From Bacteroidales bacterium (GTDB lineage: Bacteria; Bacteroidota; Bacteroidia; Bacteroidales; UBA1402): a stretch of 64,000 nt of DNA. Positions 44,641-53,193 of the stretch are shown piece after piece (the stretch's first letter is position 1; each line of letters starts with the position of its first letter). Position numbers and translations under genes: made by a program. The stretch is taken from contig JAFSRR010000104.1 in NCBI GenBank assembly GCA_017446025.1, positions 44,026-108,025 of the forward strand, written 5' to 3'. Under the pieces are notes generated by a model that was given only the letters and a program-made list of their open reading frames with translations, ran no database searches and was not told where the DNA came from.

Positions 44641-46821
44641 TTATCTGATAAATAAAAGTTCTCTGTATTTGGGCAGGGGCCAAAGCTCGTTGTCGACCAT
44701 CAGCTCCAGCTTGTCTATCTTGTTGCGGATCTTGGAGAAATACGGCTCGACCGTGTCGTGGTAGGCAATGGCCTTTTCGCGTTCGGCAGTGATTTTATTG
44801 GCCACCTTGCGTGCCTCGACCATGGCATCGGTAAAGGTCTGTATGTCGTCCATATAGCTTTCTATCTTCTTGATTTTGTCGGACTTGACTACCGACAAGG
44901 CTCGATAGTCCTCCTCGCTGTAAAGCGTTTTGAGCTTGTAGAGGTTGTCGAGCAGGGCCGACTGGTAGCGGGTGGCCACCGGGATGATGTGGTTCAGGGC
45001 CAGGTCGCCCAGCACCCGGGCCTCGATCTGGATCTTCTTGGTGTAAGTCTCCCACTTGACTTCGTTGCGGGCATGCAGCTCCTTTTCGTTGAGCACGCCT
45101 GTCTGCTTGAATAGTTCGATGGAAGAAGGCCGCAGGTAGGCATCGTATTGGAGCGGGATGCTGTTTTCGCAGTCCAGGCCGCGGGCGGCAGCCTCCTGTT
45201 TCCATTCGTCGCTGTAGCCGTTGCCGTCGAAGCAGATGGGCTTGGCGATGCTGATGTATTCCCGAAGGATGGAATAGACCGCCTTGATCTTGTCCTCACC
45301 CCCTTCGACACGTTTCCTCAAAGCGGCGTTGAAGTCGCTCAGCTGGCCGGCCACGGCGGTATTGAGCACGATCATCGAGCAGGCACAGTTGGCCGACGAT
45401 CCGACGGCACGGAACTCAAAACGGTTGCCTGTGAAGGCAAAGGGCGAGGTGCGGTTGCGGTCGGTGTTGTCGACCATCAGTTCGGGAATCATGCCTATGT
45501 TGAGGTTCAGCCGGGCCTTGTCGCCCAGCTTGATCTCGTCGGAAGATTCTATTTCTTTGAGGATGCGGGTCAACTGGTTGCCCAGGAAGACTGAGATGAT
45601 GGCCGGCGGAGCCTCGTTGGCCCCCAGGCGGTAGGCGTTGCCGGCACTGCCCACCGAGGCCTTGAGCAAAGCGTTGTGCCGATAGACCGCCATCAGCGTG
45701 TTGACCAGGAAGGCTACGAACACCAGGTTGTCGTGCGGCGTCTTGCCCGGCGAGAACAAGTTGATGCCCGTATCGGTCGAAAGCGACCAGTTGCAATGCT
45801 TGCCGCTGCCGTTGATGCCGGCGAAGGGCTTTTCGTGCAACAGCACCCGGAAATGGTGCTTGGGCGCCACTTTGCGCATCAAGTCCATCAGAATGAGGTT
45901 GTGATCGACCGCCAGGTTGGTTTCTTCGTAGATGGGTGCGAACTCAAACTGGTTGGGGGCCACCTCGTTGTGGCGGGTCTTAAGGGGCACGCCCAGCCGA
46001 TAGGCCTCGATTTCCAGATCTTTCATGAATTCCACCACCCGCTTGGGAATGGAACCGAAATAATGGTCTTCCAGTTGCTGGTTCTTGGCCGATTCGTGCC
46101 CCATGATGGTACGTCCGCACATCATCAGGTCGGGACGTGAGGAAAACAGGGCTTCGTCGACCAGGAAATACTCCTGTTCCCAGCCCAGGTTAGAAATCAC
46201 TTTGCCGGCGGGCACATCCAAAAGGGCGCAGGTGTCGAGGGCGGCTGTCGTGACGGCCGAAAGAGCCCTGAGCAGCGGCGTTTTGTAGTCGAGCGCTTCG
46301 CCTGTATAGGAAATGAATATGGTGGGGATACACAACGTATCATCGACGATGAAGGCCGGCGAGGACGGATCCCAGGCACTGTAGCCGCGGGCCTCGAAGG
46401 TGTTGCGGATACCGCCGTTGGGGAAACTCGATGCGTCGGGCTCCTGCTGCACGAGCAGCTTGCCGTTGAACTTCTCTATCACATGGCCGGGATCGGCATG
46501 CTGGATGAAGGCGTCGTGCTTTTCGGCCGTACCGTCGTTGAGCGGATGAAACCAATGGGTATAATGCGTGGCACCCCTTCTCATGGCCCACCTTTTCATG
46601 GCGCGGGCCACCTGCTCGGCAATATCGGGACTGATGGAGCCGCCCTGCTCGACCGACTGGCAGAGTTTGCGGTAGACGCCCCTTGTGAGGTAGCGCCGCA
46701 TAGTCGACATGTTGAAAACGTTTTCCCCATAGTAGTCAGATACTTTGCGTCCGACTTTCTGGGCGGGTACTACCTGGTGGTCGAAGGCTTCTTTTACCAG
46801 ATGGAATCTCAGGTTTGCCAT
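44641..46821 (-). CDS. glnN: Type III glutamine synthetase
   Basis: 726 aa from ATG 46821. The sequence starts MANLRFHLVKEAFD and continues with THYTHWFHPLNDGTAEKHDAF, NGSGKHCNWS and NRTSPFAFTGNRFEFRAVGSS. Confidence 0.92.
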   Translation of the reverse strand: MANLRFHLVKEAFDHQVVPAQKVGRKVSDYYGENVFNMSTMRRYLTRGVYRKLCQSVEQGGSISPDIAEQVARAMKRWAMRRGATHYTHWFHPLNDGTAEKHDAFIQHADPGHVIEKFNGKLLVQQEPDASSFPNGGIRNTFEARGYSAWDPSSPAFIVDDTLCIPTIFISYTGEALDYKTPLLRALSAVTTAALDTCALLDVPAGKVISNLGWEQEYFLVDEALFSSRPDLMMCGRTIMGHESAKNQQLEDHYFGSIPKRVVEFMKDLEIEAYRLGVPLKTRHNEVAPNQFEFAPIYEETNLAVDHNLILMDLMRKVAPKHHFRVLLHEKPFAGINGSGKHCNWSLSTDTGINLFSPGKTPHDNLVFVAFLVNTLMAVYRHNALLKASVGSAGNAYRLGANEAPPAIISVFLGNQLTRILKEIESSDEIKLGDKARLNLNIGMIPELMVDNTDRNRTSPFAFTGNRFEFRAVGSSANCACSMIVLNTAVAGQLSDFNAALRKRVEGGEDKIKAVYSILREYISIAKPICFDGNGYSDEWKQEAAARGLDCENSIPLQYDAYLRPSSIELFKQTGVLNEKELHARNEVKWETYTKKIQIEARVLGDLALNHIIPVATRYQSALLDNLYKLKTLYSEEDYRALSVVKSDKIKKIESYMDDIQTFTDAMVEARKVANKITAEREKAIAYHDTVEPYFSKIRNKIDKLELMVDNELWPLPKYRELLFIR

Positions 46822-46848
46822 AGCATGAAGGGATGGTGGTTTATCGTG

Positions 46849-46856
46849 CAAAAATA
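46849..46856 (-). promoter_or_regulatory. Candidate -7 box for glnN
   Basis: The minus strand reads TATTTTTG, 28 nt upstream of ATG 46821. No properly spaced -33 element is present. Confidence 0.3.
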
Positions 46857-46937
46857 ATCATTTGGCGGCAAAAGCCGCAATACTTCCCCGGCTTTATTTT
46901 CAAAAAAACCGACGCGGAAATATTTCTGCAGATTTAA

Positions 46938-46969
46938 TTTGCAACAAGTCTCAAATAAATCTATATTTG
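46938..46969 (+). promoter_or_regulatory. Bacteroidota-type promoter of the uxaE-like/SDR/larA-like (and possibly pdxB-gnd) gene string
   Basis: TTTG (46938-46941), N20, then TATATTTG (46962-46969). This implies a leader of about 75 nt before ATG 47049. Confidence 0.55.
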
Positions 46970-47048
46970 TAGGCTCATATGTGCGCATAAGGGAGAACAT
47001 ATTATCAATCAACATACAATTATCAACGAACTAATTTGATTTAAAGCT

Positions 47049-48302
47049 ATGAGAATCAGCAAGTATTCCTTCGGTACCGGTGACCGTTTCGCCCATCAGG
47101 GTGAAGCCCAGCTGAGTGCACTGATCAAGGCCCGCAAAGAACTGGGCATCGATTTCACCCCTGTGTGGAACAAATCGAACCGCGAACACAACATTGTCCA
47201 TTCCGAACCGATTGACACCCGCCGGGAAGCTGACGCCGCTGTCAAGGCCCTGGGATATACCGGCCCCTACTTTGTCGATGCCGACCACATCAACATGAAC
47301 AATGTCGACCGTTTCATCGACTGCTCCGATTTCTTCACCATCGACGTGGCCGACTATATCGGCAAGGCTGCTCCCGCCGACGACATCGACGCTTTTGTCA
47401 AGCGCAATGCCAAGTATGTGGGCAAGCTGACCATCCCCGGCATCGCCGAGCCTTTCGACATCACCGAGAAACTGCTGCGCGAAAACGCTGAGAAATTCCT
47501 CTTCGCCGCCCAGGAAGCCGGTCGCATCTACCGTCATATCGCCGAAGTGAAGGGTGCCGACAATTTCGTGCCTGAGGTTTCCATGGACGAAGTCGACGAA
47601 GCCCAGACCCCGATCGAAATGTTCCTGATCCTGAGCGCACTGGCTGGCGAAAAAGTGCCTGCCCAGACCATCGCTCCCAAGTTCACCGGCCGTTTCAACA
47701 AGGGTGTCGACTATGTCGGCAACGTGGCCCAGTTCACCAAGGAATTCGAACAGGACCTGCTGGTGATCGATTTCGCCGTCAAGGAATTCGGCCTGCCCGA
47801 CAACCTCAAGCTCAGCATACACTCCGGCAGTGACAAGTTCACCATCTATCCCATCATGGGCGACCTCATCCGCAAGTATGACAAGGGTATCCACGTCAAG
47901 ACCGCCGGCACTTCCTGGCTGGAAGAACTGATCGGTCTGGCCATGGCCGACGACGCCCAGGCCCTGAAGATGGCCAAGGCTGTATATAAAGGTGCCTACG
48001 GCCGCTTCGACGAGCTCTGCGCCCCCTACGCCACCGTCATCGATATCGACCGCAGCAAGCTGCCGACTATCGAGGAAGTGGAATCCTGGAGCGGCAAGAA
48101 ATTTGCCGACACGCTGCGTCATATCCCCGGCAACAAGGATTACAACCCCAACTTCCGTCAGTTGATCCATGTAGGTTACAAAGTGGCTGCCGAACTGGGC
48201 AAGGACTACACCGACGCCCTCAGCCGCAACAAGGCTGTATGCGCCGAACAGGTCATCAGCAACATCTACGAGCGTCACATCCTGAGAATGTTCAAAAAAT
48301 AA
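47049..48302 (+). CDS. Tagaturonate/fructuronate epimerase-like protein (UxaE family), tentative
   Basis: 417 aa. The N-terminus MRISKYSFGTGDRFAHQGEAQL, then WNKSNREH and VDADHI, resemble what I remember of UxaE-family proteins. Not verified by search. Confidence 0.45.
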   Translation: MRISKYSFGTGDRFAHQGEAQLSALIKARKELGIDFTPVWNKSNREHNIVHSEPIDTRREADAAVKALGYTGPYFVDADHINMNNVDRFIDCSDFFTIDVADYIGKAAPADDIDAFVKRNAKYVGKLTIPGIAEPFDITEKLLRENAEKFLFAAQEAGRIYRHIAEVKGADNFVPEVSMDEVDEAQTPIEMFLILSALAGEKVPAQTIAPKFTGRFNKGVDYVGNVAQFTKEFEQDLLVIDFAVKEFGLPDNLKLSIHSGSDKFTIYPIMGDLIRKYDKGIHVKTAGTSWLEELIGLAMADDAQALKMAKAVYKGAYGRFDELCAPYATVIDIDRSKLPTIEEVESWSGKKFADTLRHIPGNKDYNPNFRQLIHVGYKVAAELGKDYTDALSRNKAVCAEQVISNIYERHILRMFKK

Positions 48303-48326
48303 ATACTAACCCAAAACTACAAGATT

Positions 48327-49175
48327 ATGAACAAATATTCATTTGAAGACCTGAAAGGTAAAGTATGCGTCATGACCGGCGGTGCCGGTGTCATCGGTGC
48401 CACCCTGGCTCGCGGTCTGGCTTCGGCCGGCGTGAAGACTGCCATTGTCGATATCAACGAAGAAGCCGCCACCAAACTGGCTGCCGAAATCCAGAAGGAA
48501 TACGGTGTCAAGACCATCGGCGTAGTGGCCAATGTACTTGAGAAGGAATCCCTGGAAGCTGCCAAGGCCAAAGTCAACAAGGAACTGGGCAAGATCGAGA
48601 TCCTGATCAACGGTGCCGGCGGCAACTCTCCGAAGGCCACCACGGGTGTCGAACAGATGGTCGAAGAAGACAAGAAGAATCTGGATGCCACTTTCTACGG
48701 TCTGTCGATGGACGGTTTCCAGAGAGTCTATGACCTCAACTTCAAGGGCACGCTGCTGCCCACCATGGTTTTCACCGGCGATATGCTGGAAGCCGGCAAG
48801 GGTGCCATCATGAACATCTCATCGATGAACTCCTACCGTCCTCTGACCAAGATTCCCGCCTACTCCGCCGCCAAGGCTTCCATCAACAACCTGACCGAAT
48901 GGCTGGCCGTACACTTTGCCAAGATCGGCATCCGCGTCAACGCCATCGCTCCCGGTTTCTTCCTGACCAACCAGAACCGCTTCCTGTTGATGAAAGAAGA
49001 CGGCACGCCTACGCCTCGTACTGAGAAGATCCTGAACAACACCCCGATGGGCAAGTTCGGTGAACCCGAAGACCTGATCGGTGCCACCCTGTACCTGCTG
49101 AGCGACATCTCTTCGTTCGTCACGGGTATCGTCATCCCCGTCGACGGTGGTTTCAGCGCCTACAGCGGTGTCTAG
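48327..49175 (+). CDS. SDR-family oxidoreductase, UxuB-like (fructuronate / D-mannonate oxidoreductase type)
   Basis: 282 aa. It has TGGAGVIG, NGAGGN with a long insertion after it, and a catalytic YSAAK. The substrate is inferred from the neighbouring genes. Confidence 0.55.
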   Translation: MNKYSFEDLKGKVCVMTGGAGVIGATLARGLASAGVKTAIVDINEEAATKLAAEIQKEYGVKTIGVVANVLEKESLEAAKAKVNKELGKIEILINGAGGNSPKATTGVEQMVEEDKKNLDATFYGLSMDGFQRVYDLNFKGTLLPTMVFTGDMLEAGKGAIMNISSMNSYRPLTKIPAYSAAKASINNLTEWLAVHFAKIGIRVNAIAPGFFLTNQNRFLLMKEDGTPTPRTEKILNNTPMGKFGEPEDLIGATLYLLSDISSFVTGIVIPVDGGFSAYSGV

Positions 49176-49200
49176 TCGTTCATTCTAATCATTTGTTGCA

Positions 49201-50481
49201 ATGTTATATTACAGCAGAGGTTCCAAAACCGACAATATCACTCCCGATGAGGTTCGAGCCATATTGAAGGAGGTTTTCGACAAAATGGGTAAGAAAAATC
49301 GGGTGTTGGCTTTGCCCCCCGATTTTACCCGTTTCAATTCCTATGCCGGACCGATCACCGAAATGGTCTATGACTATTACGGCGACACGCTGACGGATGT
49401 CATGCCGGCCTTGGGCACCCATTCCCCGATGACCGAAGAACAGATCCGCACCATGTTCGGCCACGTGCCCATGGACAAGTTCCGTGTGCACGACTGGCGC
49501 AACGACGTGGTGACGGTGGGCGAAGTCCCGGCAGAATATGTCAACAAGATATCGGAAGGCCGTTTGAACTATTCCTGGCCCGCCCAGGTCAACAAACTGC
49601 TGCTCGATCCCTCTTTCGACCTGATCCTGTCTATCGGCCAGGTGGTGCCGCACGAGGTCATCGGCATGGCCAACTACACCAAGAACCTGTTTGTCGGTGT
49701 AGGCGGCAGCGAAGGCATCAACAAGAGTCATTTCATCGGTGCCACCTATGGCATGGAACGCATCATGGGCCGGGCCAAATCACCCGTGCGTGACGTGATG
49801 GAATATGCCAAGCAGCACTTTATCAGCCAATTGCCAATCGTATTCATTCAGACCGTTTTGGCCAAGAATTATGAGACGGGCAAGATGGAGCTCAAGGGCA
49901 TCTTCATCGGCGACGATTTCGAATGCTTCCAGAAAGCAGCCGATTTGTCGCTGGAGACCAACTTCATCATGGTGGACCACGAGATCAAGAAATGTCTGGT
50001 CTATCTCGATCCCGAAGAGTTCAAGAGCACCTGGCTGGGCAACAAGAGCATCTACCGCACCCGTATGGCCTTGGCCGACGGTGCCGAGCTCGTCGTGCTG
50101 GCCCCTGCCCTGAAGGAATTCGGCGAAGACAAGACCATCGACGGCCTGATCCGCAAATACGGCTACAAAGGCACGCCCCACACACTCAAGTGCACCAACG
50201 AGAACCAGGACCTGCAGGACAATCTGGGCGCTTCGGCCCACCTCATCCACGGTTCTTCCGAAGGCCGCTTCACGATTACCTATTGCCCCGGCCCGGACAT
50301 GAGCCGCGAGGAAATCGAAAGTGTCGGCTTCAACTACGGTGACCTGGATGCTGTGATGGCCCACTACGATGTGGCCCATTTGAAAGACGGATGGAACACC
50401 ATGCCCGACGGCGAGGAAATCTATTACATTTCCAATCCCGCACTGGGTTTGTGGGCCTATCCCGACCGTTTCAAAGACTAA
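49201..50481 (+). CDS. LarA-like (DUF2088) nickel-pincer-dependent 2-hydroxyacid racemase/epimerase family protein
   Basis: 426 aa. An eye alignment to LarA places GQVVPHEVIGMANYTKNLFVGVGG against SHFFAGFSGGRKSVLPG, with the His and Lys retained. NKSHFIG aligns with the second catalytic His region. Confidence 0.5.
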   Translation: MLYYSRGSKTDNITPDEVRAILKEVFDKMGKKNRVLALPPDFTRFNSYAGPITEMVYDYYGDTLTDVMPALGTHSPMTEEQIRTMFGHVPMDKFRVHDWRNDVVTVGEVPAEYVNKISEGRLNYSWPAQVNKLLLDPSFDLILSIGQVVPHEVIGMANYTKNLFVGVGGSEGINKSHFIGATYGMERIMGRAKSPVRDVMEYAKQHFISQLPIVFIQTVLAKNYETGKMELKGIFIGDDFECFQKAADLSLETNFIMVDHEIKKCLVYLDPEEFKSTWLGNKSIYRTRMALADGAELVVLAPALKEFGEDKTIDGLIRKYGYKGTPHTLKCTNENQDLQDNLGASAHLIHGSSEGRFTITYCPGPDMSREEIESVGFNYGDLDAVMAHYDVAHLKDGWNTMPDGEEIYYISNPALGLWAYPDRFKD

Positions 50482-50484
50482 AAG

Positions 50485-51615
50485 ATGAAGATCGTCTGCG
50501 ACAATAAGATTCCCTTCCTCAGAGGAACGCTGGAGCCCTACGCCGAGGTGGTTTACCTGCCCGGTGCCCAGACTACGGCGGAGGTCGTTCGCGACGCCGA
50601 TGCCATCATCACCCGCACCCGTACCATCTGCAACGAGCAGTTGCTCAAGGGTTCGAAGGTAAAGGTGATTGCCACGGCCACCATCGGTTACGACCATATC
50701 GACACGCATTGGTGTGAACAAAACGGCATCGTCTGGAAAAACTCCCCGGGTTGCAACTCCTGGTCGGTCAAGCAGTATATCGCCTCTGTGCTGGTCTGTC
50801 TGGCCCAGCGGCACGGCTTCCGTTTCCAGGATATGACCCTGGGCGTCGTGGGGGTGGGCAATGTCGGCGGCAAAGTCGCCGAAGTCGCTTCGCTCATGGG
50901 CTTCAAAGTCCTGCTCAACGACCCGCCACGTGCCCGCAAAGAAGGCAGCCGGGGTTTTGTATCGCTCGATACCCTGCTCTCCAAGAGCGATATCGTGACG
51001 GTACATGTGCCCCTGACGGCCGAAGGCGAGGATGCCACCTGGCACTTGTTCGACAAAGAACGCCTTTCCCGGCTTCGTTCTGACCAGATCCTGATCAACA
51101 GCTCCCGGGGCGAGGTGGTCGACAACCAGGCGCTCAAGGCGGTGTTGAAGGCCGGTGGCATGAAGGCAGCCGTACTGGATGTCTGGGAGGGCGAGCCCGC
51201 CCTGGATGCGGAATTGGTCGGTCTGTTGGACATCACCACCCCGCACATCGCCGGCTATTCGGCCGACGGCAAGGCCAACGGCACGACCATGAGTGTCCGC
51301 ACCGTGGCTCAGTACCTGGGCTTGCCCCTGACCGACTGGACGGCTTCGGGTGTGCCTGCTCCCGCCCAGTCGTTGGAGTTCTCGATCGATGCCAAAGGCA
51401 AAACAGACCAGGAGGTCATTTCGCAGGCCATCCTCTACACCTACGATGTCCGCACCGACAGCGATTTGTTGCGCGGTTGTCTGGAAGGTTTCGAGCAGCA
51501 GCGGGGCGATTATCCCGTGCGTCGGGAATTCACCGCCTTCACACTTCATCTCTCCCATGCCGGTGCCGATTTGGCGGCACGTCTGGCAAAAATAGGATTC
51601 AAAATCATTCAATAA
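50485..51615 (+). CDS. pdxB: 4-phosphoerythronate dehydrogenase
   Basis: 376 aa. It aligns by eye along its whole length with E. coli PdxB, including GVVGVGNVGG, LNDPPRA, INSSRGEVVD, LDVWEGEP and PHIAGYS, plus the PdxB-specific C-terminal dimerisation domain. Confidence 0.85.
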   Translation: MKIVCDNKIPFLRGTLEPYAEVVYLPGAQTTAEVVRDADAIITRTRTICNEQLLKGSKVKVIATATIGYDHIDTHWCEQNGIVWKNSPGCNSWSVKQYIASVLVCLAQRHGFRFQDMTLGVVGVGNVGGKVAEVASLMGFKVLLNDPPRARKEGSRGFVSLDTLLSKSDIVTVHVPLTAEGEDATWHLFDKERLSRLRSDQILINSSRGEVVDNQALKAVLKAGGMKAAVLDVWEGEPALDAELVGLLDITTPHIAGYSADGKANGTTMSVRTVAQYLGLPLTDWTASGVPAPAQSLEFSIDAKGKTDQEVISQAILYTYDVRTDSDLLRGCLEGFEQQRGDYPVRREFTAFTLHLSHAGADLAARLAKIGFKIIQ

Positions 51616-51633
51616 CTATCTAAACATTTAATT

Positions 51634-53091
51634 ATGAAAGCAGTATCTGATATTGGACTGGTCGGTTTGGCCGTCATGGGTGAAAACCTGGTCCTGAACA
51701 TGGAGAGCAAAGGTTTCCATGTCAGCGTGTTCAACCGTACCGTCGAAAAAGTTGACAGATTCATCAATGGTCGCGGCGCCGGCAAGAATTTCTACGGAGC
51801 CCATTCTCTCGAAGAGCTGGTGGCTTCCCTGAAATCCCCGCGTCGCGTGTTCCTGATGGTCAAGGCCGGTCAGGCAGTCGATGATTTCATCGAAAAGCTT
51901 ATCCCCCTGCTCGATCCGGGCGACATCATCATCGACGGCGGCAACTCCCATTTCCCCGACACCGCACGTCGTACGGCCTATGTCGAAAGCAAAGGCCTGC
52001 TCTACATCGGTACCGGTGTTTCGGGCGGTGAAGAAGGTGCGCTGAAAGGCCCGTCCATGATGCCTGGCGGATCTCCCGCCGCATGGCCCTATGTCAAGCC
52101 CATTTTCCAGTCCATCTGCGCCAAGGTCGAAGATGGTTCGCCTTGCTGCGACTGGGTAGGTGAAAACGGTGCCGGCCACTTTGTCAAGATGGTCCACAAC
52201 GGCATCGAATACGGTGACATCCAGCTTATCTGCGAATGCTACCAGATCATGAAGGACATCCTGGGCATGACCAACGAGGAAATGCACCAGACCTTCGCCG
52301 AATGGAACAAGGGCGACCTGGACAGCTATCTGGTCGAAATCACCCGTGATATCCTGGCCAAGAAGGACGAGGACGGCAAGTATGTCCTCGACTACATTCT
52401 CGACACCGCCGGTCAGAAAGGTACCGGCAAATGGACTGCAATCGCTTCCCTGGATCAGGGTGTTCCCTTGACGCTGATCGGTGAGAGCGTATTCGCCCGT
52501 TGCCTGTCGGCCCAGAAGGAAGAGCGCGTCGCTGCCAGCAAGGTGCTGGTCGGCCCCAAGCCTCAGAAGTTCACCGGCGACAAGAAGGCCTTCCTGGAAG
52601 ACCTGCGCAAGGCTTTGTTCTCGGCTAAGGTGGTTTCCTACGCCCAGGGCTACACCCTGATGCGTGCCGCTGCCAAGGAATACAACTGGAACCTGAACTA
52701 CGGCGGCATCGCCCTGATGTGGCGTGGCGGCTGTATCATCCGTTCGGTCTTCCTGGGCAAGATCAAGGAAGCCTTCGACAAGAAGCCCGATCTGGCCAAC
52801 CTGCTGCTCGATTCCTATTTCCAGAGCAAGCTGGCCGATGCCCAGCAGAGCTGGCGTAATGTCATCGCCTGCGCTGTCATGAACGGCGTTCCGGCTCCCT
52901 GCCTCTCGGCTGCCCTTGAGTATTACGACGGCTACCGCAGCGAACGCCTGCCCGCCAACCTGCTGCAGGCCCAGCGCGATTACTTCGGCGCCCACACCTA
53001 CGAACGTACCGACAAGCCCAGAGGTGAGTTCTTCCACACCAACTGGACAGGTCATGGCGGCGACACGGTTGCCGGCACCTACATTGCCTAA
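51634..53091 (+). CDS. gnd: 6-phosphogluconate dehydrogenase (decarboxylating)
   Basis: 485 aa. It contains IGLVGLAVMGENLVLN, GGNSHF, GTGVSGGEEGA, HFVKMVHNGIEYGD and QRDYFGAHTYER. Confidence 0.95.
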   Translation: MKAVSDIGLVGLAVMGENLVLNMESKGFHVSVFNRTVEKVDRFINGRGAGKNFYGAHSLEELVASLKSPRRVFLMVKAGQAVDDFIEKLIPLLDPGDIIIDGGNSHFPDTARRTAYVESKGLLYIGTGVSGGEEGALKGPSMMPGGSPAAWPYVKPIFQSICAKVEDGSPCCDWVGENGAGHFVKMVHNGIEYGDIQLICECYQIMKDILGMTNEEMHQTFAEWNKGDLDSYLVEITRDILAKKDEDGKYVLDYILDTAGQKGTGKWTAIASLDQGVPLTLIGESVFARCLSAQKEERVAASKVLVGPKPQKFTGDKKAFLEDLRKALFSAKVVSYAQGYTLMRAAAKEYNWNLNYGGIALMWRGGCIIRSVFLGKIKEAFDKKPDLANLLLDSYFQSKLADAQQSWRNVIACAVMNGVPAPCLSAALEYYDGYRSERLPANLLQAQRDYFGAHTYERTDKPRGEFFHTNWTGHGGDTVAGTYIA

Positions 53092-53114
53092 AGCAAGTAT
53101 CTTCCTGATATATG

Positions 53115-53150
53115 ACGAGGACGGCCCATCGGACCGCCCTCGTTTCTTTT
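53115..53150 (+). terminator. Imperfect rho-independent terminator after gnd
   Basis: The hairpin acgaggacggcc/ggaccgccctcgt has two imperfections and is followed by ttcttttat. Confidence 0.45.
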
Positions 53151-53193
53151 ATGCCGGCTGACATGACAGCCGTCGCAGTCTGGCAAGGCAGAC

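Noticed and set aside
47031-53055. Minus-strand ORFs 47031-48278 (415 aa), 49780-51612 (610 aa) and 51628-53055 (475 aa)
   Set aside because: Each mirrors a strongly supported plus-strand gene (uxaE-like, larA-like/pdxB, gnd). The second crosses a gene boundary. None has a motif.
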